A stretch of 63,673 nucleotides of DNA, counting the filler, from Intoshia linei (Eukaryota; Animalia; Orthonectida): NCBI GenBank assembly GCA_001642005.1. It is 7 parts of 7 records of this genome, joined end to end, with 100 filler letters (N's around TTAATTAATTAA, not from the genome) between each part and the next. Parts side by side here need not be neighbours in the genome. Positions count along the whole stretch, not along the records: positions 25,795 to 33,572 come from LWCA01001523.1; positions 33,673 to 47,218 come from LWCA01001006.1; 5 more parts are not named here. One strand, written 5' to 3'. Below are positions 25,795 to 38,266 of this stretch, piece after piece (position 1 is the stretch's first letter; each line of letters begins with the position of its first letter). Made by a program: the position numbers and the translations under genes. Under the pieces are notes generated by a model that saw only the letters and a program-made list of their open reading frames with translations, ran no database searches and was not told the DNA's origin.

Positions 25795-26885
25795 TCAGAT
25801 ATAAAAAAATTATTAGAAATTCGAAAAAACTTGTATAATAATTAAATTAATTTAATTTGTAGTTTTAATTTCGATATCATAAATCTTTCATTTTTCTCAT
25901 TATTTTCGTTGGAATTAATGTTCAAATTCTTAAAACCATCTCATTTCTTCTTTATGGGTTATTAAAAATTTCGCTTTAAATGTTTTTCTATAAAATATTT
26001 CAATGACTTATCAAATAGAAAAAACTTATGTACTTCGTACAAACAGCACCTAGCTCTCAATTAATCAATCAATTTCGGAAAATAATATTCATGAGACTAC
26101 AATCTATCTTAAAAATATCTATAAAATTTGTTTTTTTTAAAAATATGATTCTATCATAAAATATTAAAACGACAATCACTATGCAGATAATATGTTTCGT
26201 TAGTAGATAAAGACTAGTTTATTTTTATTATCTACTAACGAAACATGACTGTATATACTAAATGTATAACAATATCATATTTCTATACAATTTATTAATT
26301 AGGGTAGTTTTCTACCTCACGCGAGTAGCTACGTTATAAATTTAAAATAACGCAATCCCATATATAAAGTAAAAAAATAGGATTAGACAATGAATAGTTT
26401 TAAATAATAGAAACATTTTAAAATAGATCCCATTGGATCATTCCAAACCAGATACTATTTATACAGTTACCCAAAATAAACCATAAATAAGTATTTATAA
26501 AAATGAAACTTTTTGTTTTTTGTATTGGTTGGCTTGTTCTGCTTTTTCAAACAATTTTTCGTATTGATTATAAGCTTCCATAATCTAATAATATAAATTA
26601 CACCAGTTTTCAATTAACCATTGAAATTTCATTCGTAACTCACTGTAAATTATAATTTGTACTAGCTTGGCTGGTTTGTACTTTGTACAAACAGCACCTA
26701 GCTCTGCAGAGGGCGGATATATCTAATTTTAGCATTAAAAACTTAATCTATTATGGTTGAAATCACTTTTACAACCCCATTAAAGTAAGGCTACAAAAAT
26801 GTATTACCGTAGATCATAACTTCATATAATTCTACTGAAAATTTTCCTAGATGTATATCAGAATGAATACATTATGATGATTAAT

Positions 26886-27308
26886 CAGGGTTGCTAACTG
26901 CGTTATTTTCCCCCTGAGAATTCTAGTTTTCAAATTCAACTTAGGGTTCAGGGTTAAGTGATATTTCACAGGGTAATTTAATTATTTCAATAAAAATCAT
27001 CAGATCAAACAAATTTGATTTATATTCTATAATTTAGTAGACTTTATTCGACTCTTAGTGTTAGCAGTTAATTTTATTCCATTACTTAGAGACACCCATA
27101 TTTTGTTTTTTTCTCTTTAAAGTATTCATCATGAAGTCATTTTGAAATTTGCAATAAAAATTGTGTGTAAACTGTTATTATTTTTTGAAAAAGAGAGCCT
27201 CCAAAAACAAATTTCGCATACGGCGAAATTGCATAACACGCTGCGTTTCACTATATGGCGCTTCGCTCAAAAAATCGGGTTGAAAATAACTTAAAGTTGG
27301 TAAACCTT
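26886..27308 (+). mobile_element. hAT MITE, TIR CAGGGTTGCYAAC
   Basis: Perfect 8-bp TSD tgattaat (26878-26885 and 27309-27316). Second partial copy at ~33397-33572. Confidence 0.75.
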
Positions 27309-27439
27309 TGATTAATTAAAAAAACCATTGTTATCTAACCTATCTCTGATATCATGATCTTATTGATACTCATCTTCATACTTTTGCATTTTCAAACAAT
27401 GAGTTAATGTTATATTTTATAAATACGTAGCTGTAATAT

Positions 27440-28295
27440 TAAAATTTAAGTAAAATTTATAAAAAATGTTTTAAAAATGAAAATTTGAAATCTAAAAATT
27501 GCGTAGCAATGAAAAAAATTCCAAAGGAATGAATTATATAGATTTTCACCCATATGTCTTTATTGGAAATGTGTAGACGTACAATGCACATTTTTTTTGA
27601 AATTGTAGGATCAATATTTACATTTTCAATTTTTGATTTTAATCGAAATATTTGAAAAACATTGATTGATAATATATTAAAAATTATTTTTCACCGGGAA
27701 TGCGTAGATTTCTGGGGTTGAACTTTTGTATTTATATCAACTGGAATAAGCTCCATCAGAAAAATCTTTTTTTTAATTTTCGGACCGTTAATTATTTCAC
27801 ATTAGTTGTTTAATAAAATTGTTTGGAAAAAAAATATATGAATACTAAAATGTTTTTTTGACCGTGAATTCGTCACTTATTCGAATTGAAATTTTCTGTG
27901 TGTGTTAACAGGATACAACTGTGAAATTTGTAAATTTTTTGAAATTCTAAAGCTGTTTTCATTAAAAAAAGAAAGGTAATTTGGGTTTTGGCCCTGAAGA
28001 TATAATTTTTTTAAATTTATGGTAATGTTTATGATTTTAAAATCCGTATCAGCGTATATATTTTTTTTAAATTCTCCAACTCGTTTGATTTTCAAAAAGA
28101 GAGACAACTGGGGTTTAGACCCGTAAAATGTAAAATTGGGAGGTTGAAATTTATCTTAATATACGTCCCGAACAAAAACTGTAATTGAAATGTGGTCTTT
28201 AAAAAATTCTAAGACGGGTAGTTATTTAAATAAAGCTGAACGCATACACAGACATACACAAACAAAAATCGCGTAGCCTTTTATATAAGTTAGGA
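27440..28295 (-). mobile_element. Helitron family A copy
   Basis: Reverse complement of 23629-24350. Confidence 0.8.
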
Positions 28296-28571
28296 TAGCA
28301 AGATACACACATCTTAACAAAAAATTTTTCGATCAAGTATATAAACTAAATTGATGGTACGCATGGGTTGAGTACTAACTAAATCTGAATTCACATATAT
28401 TTCCCCATCTTAATACAGTACCGTGCAAATGTTTTGAGCATGTATATCCAAATTTACAAATTTAACAATAAAGTATCTTAATTTAGTAAAATTTAAATTT
28501 AAATTCAAAAAAAAGCCCATTAAATCAAAAATTTTTTGCATACACCCTCAAAACTGCCTTTAGTTAAAAGT

Positions 28572-30116
28572 TCAAACACCACGTAGACTCACGTCGTAGA
28601 GAATGCCCATCATACATAATAAATAAAATCGGTTCAAGAAATGAACATAATAAACCTTTTTCTTCTTGATAATTTTATTTTTATTGTTGGACAAAACATT
28701 TTGAACGTGTTGTTGATGTTGCATGTTTTTTTTTTCCAACAAATTTTCAGTTTCTTTGGATATTTTAAAAGAAGGTACATTGGTTCGTATCCAATTCAAT
28801 ACGTCTCCTACCGCTGGAGCATTTTTATCATTTTGTATATTGTTCACTTCATCACTTGTGATGGTTTCATTATCTCTAGGTATGGTTTTTTGGTTTGATT
28901 CTGTTTTATGAGGAATATTGACATTAATTTTATTTGTGTTCATAACGGTCTGTTCATTAGTCTCTTTTTCTTTTAAATAATCCTTCAATTCTTTATCATA
29001 CAGCTGTTTAAGTATATTAATTTGGTCGCAAACTGACATGGTTTCACCATTCTCTTTAATTTTTTCCATTTTTTTCAATATATCCTCGAGTCTTTGTAAC
29101 GTTTTAGATGCTCCAGTGTTTTGAATAGATTTAATAGAAACATCATCATTAAGAATACTTGATTTAGTATTCTTTAACTGTTCAAAATGGTCATATTGAA
29201 ATTTTGAATTGGGAGACTCTGGTTTCTCTTGAATATTTGGAATGTATATTAAATTAGATTCATCAATGTCTGATATTTTACATGATTTAGGGCTTTTAAA
29301 TGCAAAATTTTCAGAACGTTCAGTGTTTACAAGAGACATTAACGATGTATTTGTTGAATCATTGACCTTATCACTATAAAATTTTTTAGTATCCAAAACT
29401 GTTTTCAATTCTTGTAACGATTCCACCGATGAAAATGTAAATGGTTCAGATTTATCTACATTTTGACGTAATAATGATATCCTGTCTTCCAGTGAACGCG
29501 TCAAATCATAAATATCTTTTTCGGTTCTAGATTTATCATTACATGACGATTTTTGATTTTTTGAAAGTAAAACAGATTCTGTTGTTTGATCCTTCTCATT
29601 CAAAATAATTTTTCCGCGTGGTCTCGGAATTTCTGACCAAGCCGGTAAATAATCACTAGTCTGCTTATTTTCAGTTTTAATTTCATCATTTTGACAATTT
29701 TTGGATTCTGACAAGACTATTTTTTGATATTTATCCCAAATTGGTACATACTCTGTGTTATCTTTGTCTATTTCAACTTTATTAAATTTTAATTTATTGT
29801 CTTGATAAACACCTACGATATCGTACAAGTCCATGAATATTTCCAATAAATTATTTATAGAAATGTATTTGCCTGAGACAATGTTCTTTGCAGTTATATG
29901 GTCCAGTGAAGTTTTTAAAATTTCTTTGGAAAGTGTATCTAGTATAATGTGACAATTTTTAACTTCTTGATGTCGATCGATACTGGTTGTGTCAATTCCT
30001 TCGGGTGTAAATTTAAAAAGTTGTTCAAATAACATTATGAATAACCAACTTCCCATTTCATGCCACTTTCTAATAATAATTGTGGCACCGATTTTGCGCA
30101 ATAATTGGTTTGCCAT
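28572..30116 (-). CDS. CEP95: Centrosomal protein CEP95/CCDC45-like, large exon
   Basis: 514-aa ORF. N-terminal LDTLSKEILKTSLDHITAKNIVSGKYISINNLLEIF resembles the CEP95 (DUF5745) [24 protein letters not shown] as I recall it. Probable small extra exons at ~30186-30228 and ~25860-27430. Confidence 0.75.
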   Translation of the reverse strand: MANQLLRKIGATIIIRKWHEMGSWLFIMLFEQLFKFTPEGIDTTSIDRHQEVKNCHIILDTLSKEILKTSLDHITAKNIVSGKYISINNLLEIFMDLYDIVGVYQDNKLKFNKVEIDKDNTEYVPIWDKYQKIVLSESKNCQNDEIKTENKQTSDYLPAWSEIPRPRGKIILNEKDQTTESVLLSKNQKSSCNDKSRTEKDIYDLTRSLEDRISLLRQNVDKSEPFTFSSVESLQELKTVLDTKKFYSDKVNDSTNTSLMSLVNTERSENFAFKSPKSCKISDIDESNLIYIPNIQEKPESPNSKFQYDHFEQLKNTKSSILNDDVSIKSIQNTGASKTLQRLEDILKKMEKIKENGETMSVCDQINILKQLYDKELKDYLKEKETNEQTVMNTNKINVNIPHKTESNQKTIPRDNETITSDEVNNIQNDKNAPAVGDVLNWIRTNVPSFKISKETENLLEKKNMQHQQHVQNVLSNNKNKIIKKKKVYYVHFLNRFYLLCMMGILYDVSLRGV

Positions 30117-30898
30117 GAGTATTGCTACATTTTTAATTAGATATAATTCTTATAATGATAAAATTTTAATTAAATTTTTAATTTACCATTTTTCTTATCT
30201 TCCGTGCAGGATTTTCGTAATTTTGCCTAAATAAATTTATAAATAAAAAAATGTATTCGGAATCCGCATTTCAGATTGAAATTTAATTTAATTTAATTTA
30301 TCAATATTAGTGAATTTCAACTAAATATCACATTTATGACAAAATTACCATATTTTTAAATAGTAGTTTTAATGTTGGCGCAAATTGTTATGATATCTCT
30401 TAGTTTGATAAATGTTTTGATTTTTCAAGTTGGAAACCATCTGTGCATCAGTATCTATAGATATGTCAAATTATAATCCATTATAAACCAAACAAAAGTA
30501 GTTAATTGACTAATTAGTAATTACACTATTATACTTGATTTTTATCCTAAGTTAGAATTCCTAACTTATATGAAACTATTTGTCTTTCGATTATCAAGTA
30601 TTTATTTGATATTAAATATTTTATAATATATTTTTATTGTAATTCTAAAAATATAGGTTTCAAGTTCTAATACATCGAATACAATAACTTTATTGTATTC
30701 ATATTAAATTTTATCATAATTTTTAATTTAATTTCGTTTTAATTTAAAATGTAAATTGATAAATAAAGTTTATTTAAATAATATCAAAATTATTCTGTAA
30801 TTTATATTTATATGGACCCCACTTTTTAAGCCTTTTGTAGTTTAACTTTAAATTTTAGCCCCAACTTTAAGTCCACCAATATTAAGAATAATTTATTC

Positions 30899-31652
30899 GG
30901 GTCTTCCGTATTTTAAAGCCAATAGTTTGAAAATTTAATATAAACTTTATTGAAAAAATAAATATTGTCATAAAACCACCAAATTGAATTATAATTTATT
31001 ATTTTTATCGTACTTTTTATAATAAGCATGGATATTTCGAGTTTAGATGATTGTAATTGGGAAAATCTTTATATTGCAACTAAAAACATTCAAGCATAAC
31101 TTTTTGCAAACAATTCGGTGTTTCTCATTTTAATTGTGTATAGGTCTAATGAGTTCATGTAAGGTATGTCCATTCTGCAACCGGCAGATGTTTTTTTCCA
31201 AAAAGGTGTATAGATGGAGATGTTCAGTCCCGTGTAGCAAAGTATTATCGATAAGGAAGAATACATTTTTTTAAAAAAATTTTACATTTCAAATCTTATA
31301 TAAATTGTTTTAATATAATGTAACATTTAATAAGCGTTTGTAACAATTAAACATTAATTATGTATTTTTTAATTAATTGTCATTCCTTTTTCTGCACTTT
31401 CTTGGTATTTAATTAAATATTAAATTTATCAATATTATTTTTACTATAAAATACAATTTTATAACAATTAAAAAAAAATTATCGATAAAATTATAAAATA
31501 CGTCAAGTGTAAATTTTTATCTTGTTTTTTTGTACACTTAAACAACTTTTGCCATCACTGATGTATATTGTTAACAACGAAACAAAATTTTATTTTTTCA
31601 ATAAAGTTTATATAAAATCTTCAAACTATTGGCTCTAAAATACAAAAGACAC
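30899..31652 (+). mobile_element. Merlin (IS1595/ISXO2-related) DNA transposon, internally deleted
   Basis: ~70-bp imperfect TIRs starting GG and a perfect 8-bp TSD atttattc. Internal remnant GLMSSCKVCPFCNRQM...YRWRCSVPCSKVLSIRKNTFF resembles the Merlin N-terminal zinc ribbon. Confidence 0.8.
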
Positions 31653-32156
31653 ATTTATTCAAAATGAATTAAAATTTATTGCTTCGTATTATACGAATCG
31701 TATATGCTATCTAAATTATAAACAAAATTAAGTTTTATAATTTAAATTAAATTAACATTATTCAGCATAAAGCATATGGTTACTGGCGAAGAGACGTAAT
31801 TTGATATTTTTATTATTTATATCACTCACAGTAAATACGTATAAATGTGGTACAAGTCGGGATCCCGACTTAGGTCGTCGTGTTAGGGTCTTACTTAATG
31901 AAAATTAAATTTATAAAATTTTAAATTAACACTTAACAATTATGTAATTTAAATTTTAAAATAAAATGTAGTAAAAACATTCAATTTAAAATAGCTTTCA
32001 ACGTAAATAAAAAAAATAAATTAATATTCATATGGGTCGGCTTTATAATGTCAAAAAGCCTTTAGATATTAAAATTGAGTTACAAAAATACTGTATTAGA
32101 ATTTAATTTGTTATTTTAAATTTGAATAAATATGTTTTAATATTTGAATATATAGA

Positions 32157-32229
32157 GGGGATCTAGCTCAAATGGTAGAGCGCTCCGTTTGCAACGGAGA
32201 GGTACAGGGATCGACGCCCTGGTTCTCCA
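32157..32229 (+). tRNA. tRNA-Ala (TGC)
   Basis: 73-nt cloverleaf, anticodon arm ctccg-ttTGCaa-cggag, G3:U70 alanine determinant, downstream T-run. Confidence 0.95.
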
Positions 32230-32664
32230 TTTTTTTTATTTAATTTATTTATTGTAATTTTTTATTTTTTTTATGATTTTCAAGTTACTTTTGAATCTGT
32301 ATCATGAATTGAAAAATTTTCAGAATAATTAAACAAATTTATTGTAAATCGATTCCTGTGATAAAAATTTCCAATATCTGTAAACTATCCAGTTGTATTA
32401 ACACATCATTAGTTCTTAAACTAGGTTTAGTTAAAATTGTGTTCCACATTTTTGTCAAGCTATAATAAAATGTGAGTTAACAGAAAATTTTTAAAATAAA
32501 TAGTCAATGGAAACTATTTTAGAGAGGTCCGGGATGAAAGTATTTTAGTAGGTATAATGCGCGAGTTCCACGTAAAAGATGTGTAGCCCAGAATTAGAAA
32601 TTTGGTCTAAATTTATATTGTTAATTGTTTTAAGAGTTTATATTTATATATAAATATAAAAAAA

Positions 32665-32737
32665 TGGATAACCAGGGCGTCGATCCCTGTACCTCTCCGT
32701 TGCAAACGGAGCGCTCTACCATTTGAGCTAGATCCCC
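32665..32737 (-). tRNA. tRNA-Ala (TGC), inverted copy with an acceptor-stem mismatch
   Basis: Identical to 32157-32229 except C69>A (G4:A69). Followed by a T-run. Confidence 0.9.
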
Positions 32738-33672
32738 TCTTCCGGTTTATTTTCCGAAGTCTATATATGTATGATGTAGATAATGATAACCAAACAGTAT
32801 GATCTTTTACAATAATCTTTTAAAATAAAAGTCGAGACACTGATCATAAAAAATAGATATTCAATATATCGTAGACAATGCATAATACTATATAGTGACT
32901 ATATGGTATAATATAGTCCCTAACTGCCACTGCATCGGCCGAGCTGACAATTTAGGTTTGTTATGCAAAACAATTATACTCATAATCTTGAAAATATATT
33001 TTTTATGCTTAATTTGGAATAATGAGGCTACTAATTTACAAAAATTTCTTCAAGGCTTTCAGACAACTTTAGATAATGCCTGCGTGATTGTGTACGCGGG
33101 TATAAAAGACTCATGGTTCTTTACATTAAGCTTTAATGTACCTAAATCAACACTGTAATAAAGTTTATCACTGAATTTAAAATAATTGCATTTGAAATTA
33201 TGCATGTTAATTATATTATTTGTTGTTGCATTCTTTTAAAATTACTTGGAGGTAATATCATTTCAAAAAATTTTTAAAAAATTGTTAATAAAATAAAATT
33301 GTGATTCTTGACCGGTATACATGTCCTCTGATGGAACGTGAGAAAATGTGTAATTCACATTGTGTATACTGGACCTTCATCGTCTAAGGCAGAGGCAGGG
33401 TTGCCAACTACATTATTTTCCCCCTGAGAATTCGGGTTTTCTAATGCAACTCAGGGCTTTGGGTTAAGTGATATTTCTCAGGGTAATTTAATTATTTAAA
33501 TCAAAATCATCAGATCGAACATATTTTATTTATATTCTATAATTTTTTTCTCTATGGTGAAAGACTCTTAGTNNNNNNNNNNNNNNNNNNNNNNNNNNNN
33601 NNNNNNNNNNNNNNNNTTAATTAATTAANNNNNNNNNNNNNNNNNNNNNNNNNNNNNNNNNNNNNNNNNNNN

Positions 33673-33989
33673 TTACTTTATTTTTAATATTATACACACA
33701 TTCTGTCTAATAAATTAAAAAAATAAAATAATAATTGTTTTTAAAATTCTGTATGCAAATGTTAACAAAAAAAATTAGGGTGGAATAATTCACTTTAAAG
33801 TAAAAAGTAATGTGATATGACGGTTCCACCTGAAACAAAATTTGGGACCACTCTTTTAAAAGATTGATAATAGTGAATAGTAGGATTTTTAGTTAGATTT
33901 CAACGTGAATTTATTTTTTTGATATAATAAAAGAGTGCCTTCGGTAGAGCTAGGTGCTGTTTGTACATAGTACAAAACTGCCAAGCTAG
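33673..33989 (+). mobile_element. Helitron family A 3' end
   Basis: Subterminal hairpin gtttgtac-ata-gtacaaaac, then CTAG|T. The same terminus occurs at 37388-37391 (+) and at 26662, 47116 and 59708 (-). Confidence 0.8.
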
Positions 33990-34723
33990 TAATTTATAAT
34001 TCAATACAAATTTTTAATTTTTAACGAAAAGTTTTTCGAATGAAAAAAATTTGAAACATTCCAAAAAGTTACCACCATTGCAATGCAATTATGTCATGCT
34101 GTCTACGAAAAAGGGGTCAATTTTTGGAGGTAGTTGAATTTTTAATGATTTTAAATTTATATACAAAGGTTGTATATAATGTTATCAAATCGACAAGTAC
34201 TAGCCAACGGCTAGCCGGCAGTAATTTGCAGGTTTGTCCTAATATATTAAAAATGAAATTATATTTTATTTTAAATTTTTAACATATCATTAACATCATT
34301 ATTTCAATTTATATTTACTACATTGTATAAATTGGTAATTTTTTATATAGATGTACTATCTGCAAAACATGCAAATTGGATTTGAATACATAGGAATTGC
34401 GCTATATATTTTGTATGTATCGACGACAATAAGTCTATTTTATAATATAAAAGAAATGACTACTAGTTTGACATTAAAACAACAAAAGGAAATGTGTCAT
34501 TAACTAACATAACCTTAGTAAATAAATTATTATTCGAAATTCTGACCTTTTGTTTGTCTATAATTGTCTATATATAGAGTTAATATATAGCATAATAAGT
34601 AAAATGATGAACATTACATTAAATTAATGTCAAGTGTGAAATATGTATAATTTTATAGGTCATTATTTCTCATAGAATAAATCTTTTAACATAATTAATT
34701 GAGCATTAATTTAATTTTTAATT

Positions 34724-35413
34724 ATGCATCATAAAAAAACAGTAAACTCTGATAAAATCGTGGTTGAAAAGAACTCTTCTAAATTTGATATTGTCGTGTG
34801 GGTGTTTTTGGTTTTAGATATTGTGTTTGTGATAATATCTTTTGCTACACCATACTGGGAGAAAGATAACAATTGGATAAAAGGAGTTTGGGAAAAATTT
34901 AGCAATATTAATGGTTATTATGTCAAATATTCGGGCTCACAAATCATGTCGCGTAATTTAAATATTTTTAAATGTACATGTTAATAAACTCAAATTTTAG
35001 TAAATTTGCTACTAGTACAAGCATTTTCAAGCATTGGCGTGATTTTATTGTTGGTAGTTTTGGGATTGAAAATTTTGTCTGTTTTGTTGGATGAATTCAA
35101 CAAAATAAGAATTTTGTGCATTGGAATGATAGCAGTCGTCGCTTTAGAAAGTAAACTAATTTTTAAAATTTTTCATACAGTAGTTGTAATTTAGAAATTC
35201 ATATAATGTATAATAGACTATTATTATTAATAATAAATTATAATAATTGTTTTAGTTGTCTGCAAAATTATAGTAGCAAGTCTATACGGTTACATGCACG
35301 AACTTTCGCTCCACTGGTGTTTCGGAATCTACGTCATCAGCATTTGTTTTTCAATGATAATATTAATATCAACAGTTTTAAACATGAAATTCTTGGAAAA
35401 TGAAAACAAGTAA
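34724..35413 (+). CDS. PMP22/EMP/claudin-superfamily tetraspan membrane protein, 3 exons
   Basis: Exons ~34724-34952, 35000-35150 and 35256-35413. Four hydrophobic segments, SFATPYW...GVW (W-GLW-like motif), VQAFSSIG, and LHWCFGIYVIS before TM4. Confidence 0.75.
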
Positions 35414-35831
35414 CTTAATGTAAATTTAATGTCAATATAAATATTTTAATGTAATACTTTTGTTTTATTCTATTAATTTTTAATTTAAAACATCGAAAAA
35501 ATAATTACATCATTATGTCGATCTTATTCACGTTTATCGTTTAGTAATGACAACCGTTAAACTTTTCACCCTCATTAATTTTGACGTGTATTTTAGTAGG
35601 GCATTAATTGAAAATTGATTCAAAGTATATAAAATTACACTCGTAGGCAAGTTTCGACAAAGTCTCAACTCACAGCTAGTATTAAACATGACATGTAAAT
35701 TCAGAGTTAATTCAATTTTCCGCACAGGTGTGAAAATAGAAATGATAAATATACATTAAAATTAAAATGAATGATTTACATGATTTAATTTTCATCTCGA
35801 TTTAGTTTTTAATTTAAAAAATTTTAATGAT

Positions 35832-37652
35832 ATGAATTCCAATTTTACCATTGACCAAATATTGTCCACACCAAATAGAAAAGATTTGATCAACATTTTA
35901 ACATGTGATAATTTCAAATCAATTGAAAAAAATACATTGGTAAATAAATTAACATTATTGCGCTCTGCTTTTAAGAATCATATTCATTGCGACAATAAAA
36001 ACAATATGAATGATAAAATTAGCAAAATTTTAATTGGTCAAAGAAATGAAACAATTGATAGTCATCAAAATTACCACATTTACAACGAGGAAATTAAATT
36101 TAAACATAACAAAAATTGTGACCGTGTGCAAAGTTTACATTATTTGGATTTAGCTACATGTAAAGTTAAACTAAAAAGAAAAAAACCCACCTTTTCTGTT
36201 GAATCCATTCTGAAATGCAATTTTAGTCGAAACGACAAAAATCTACATTTAACACCGTGCAACCATTTCGACTTGTATAGTCAACATAAACTTAATTTGA
36301 TTATGAATAATTCAATCCATCTAAATTCTCAATTCAATTTTCCTGCAAACATTACAAATTCTAATAATCTTAATTCTGAAAATAAAAATTATATCAATTT
36401 TGATAATGCAACTCTTCAAGCCAATTCGATTAATTGCAATTTCAATTCAAGTAAATATTGTAATGTATAAATTTATTTAGATTCTAGATTTTAAATAATT
36501 ATAACCTCAGCGGGGTTTATTTGGGTGAAAATTTGAAAACAAATTAAAAATTTTTTAATTATATATCGGTTCAAAAAACTATCTACTAAATATTTCTATA
36601 GTGATTGTTTTACAAAATTATAATATTTTTAAAGAGAAATTTAATATGGTTGCCAAAATTTTAAGTGTAATTTCATTTTGTAGTATGTTTCCATGGTTAC
36701 CTTGGGTTTATGGAAAAAACGTTAAAAAATGAAAAAATAACCTAAAAAAATGTAACAATTGGATTCAGATTCAGATTTTTGAAACATTTTGTTTGTTTTA
36801 TTTGAAAATTTTTACATTTTTTCAAGATTACCAAAGTAAACCAAAAAGGACTAGAACCGCTTTCACCGAGGAACAAATGAATAAATTAGAATCAATTTTT
36901 TTGAAAAAACATTATTTAATCGGAACCGAACGATATAAACTAGCTAAAGATTTAAATTTACGAGAAGTACAGGTAGTTTTAATTTTCAAAATATTTCAGT
37001 TATCAAAAAATCGACCAATAATAATTTCTAAGAATAGATTAAAGGGATTTGTTTTAACCTAATTTTTAAAGATTTTAATGATACATTAAAATATTAAAAA
37101 TGTTTTCTTGAACCCCTGAAAAATGGTCAAAAACCCCAATTGTCCTTTTTTTGAAAATCAAATAAACAAAAAAAATTAAGATGGAATAATTCACTTTAAA
37201 GTAAAAAGAATTGTGATATCACGGTTCCACCTGAAACAAATTTGGAAACCACTCCTTTAAACGATTGATAATAGTGAATGGTAGGATTTTTAAGTTAGAT
37301 TTCCAACATAAATTTATTTTTAAGTATAATAAAAATGTGCCCTCGGCAGAGCTAGGTCCTGTTTGTACGTAGTACATAACTGTCAACCTAGTCTTTATAT
37401 AAAATCGAATGTCAGTCGTTTATAGTTTATTTTAATAACTAAGAGTCCAAGAATTTTAACAAACACAAATTCCAAGTCTGATTTTAACGACCAGAAAGTA
37501 AAATAAAGGTCAATGTTAGAAACTTATATTTTCCCGGTCAAAAACCCCAATAATCTATTTTTTTAAAAATATCGTATGTTAATGTTAAAACTTAGGTCAA
37601 AGTATGGTTTCAAAACAGACGAACGAAATTTAAACGAAATTCTACGAATTGA
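35832..37652 (+). CDS. Emx: ANTP/NKL homeobox gene, most similar to Emx/empty spiracles
   Basis: Exons ~35832-36450, 36827-36972 and 37596-37652. Homeodomain KPKRTRTAFTEEQMNKLESIFLKKHYLIGTERYKLAKDLNLREVQ|VKVWFQNRRTKFKR with the classic Q44/V45 intron, plus eh1-like FTIDQIL. Vax or Not cannot be excluded. Confidence 0.8.
37170..37391 (+). mobile_element. Helitron family A 3' fragment in the homeobox intron
   Basis: Matches 33770-33989 and ends CTAG|T. Confidence 0.75.
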
Positions 37653-38266
37653 CAATTATAATAAAAGTTTATGTAAATATTGGATTTTATTGTACATTAT
37701 TTTAAACTGTTTCTTCTATTTTTTTTTGTTCTAACTTCTATCCAACCTTCTTGTTCTGAAATTTCGGCTAAAGATAAAATAAAAATAAACAATATATAAA
37801 AATATAGAGATAAAACCAATTCTAAAAATTAAATGTACTTTACATTACATTTTATAATTTCATTATAATTAATTTTAATAATGAATTTCAATAATTATTG
37901 AACGCTGTTAGAGAAAACTAGACTAATAATTACTAGTGTTTCCCACTGGGAACCCTGAGAATTGATCTAAAGTCGTAGTTATACTCTCTGGTTCGAAAAA
38001 TTGAAAAACTGATGGGAACCTACTTCATATATCTGACATACATTATAAATTGTGTAATAGAATGAGGACCGCGTAAATTTTTAAGTGGCAATTAAAGAAA
38101 TCTTAAAAACTTAATAAAAAGGATTTTAGAATCGGGTTACCTGAGGTAGCTAACTAAAAAAACATGGGATGGAGTTTTTTGACGACCTACGTTTACATTG
38201 GAAAATGATTTTTCAGAACTAAATTTTTGAAATAATTTGTTGAGTACTATTAGTGTAATTTGAGCT

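Noticed and set aside
27877-28107. Short ORFs inside repeats (also 24488, 42754, 51301, 11494)
   Set aside because: They lie within non-coding Helitron or MITE copies and are not conserved between copies.
28641-30234. + strand ORFs 28641, 28723 and 29989 (also 41583, 58683, 25364, 5703)
   Set aside because: Antisense shadows of real coding or pseudogene sequence with no recognisable motifs.
37930-38230. Possible snRNA or let-7-like sequence (atactctctgg..., tgaggtag)
   Set aside because: Only 8-10 nt resemblance, with no U5 loop or let-7 hairpin. Probably the 3' UTR of the 38267 ORF.
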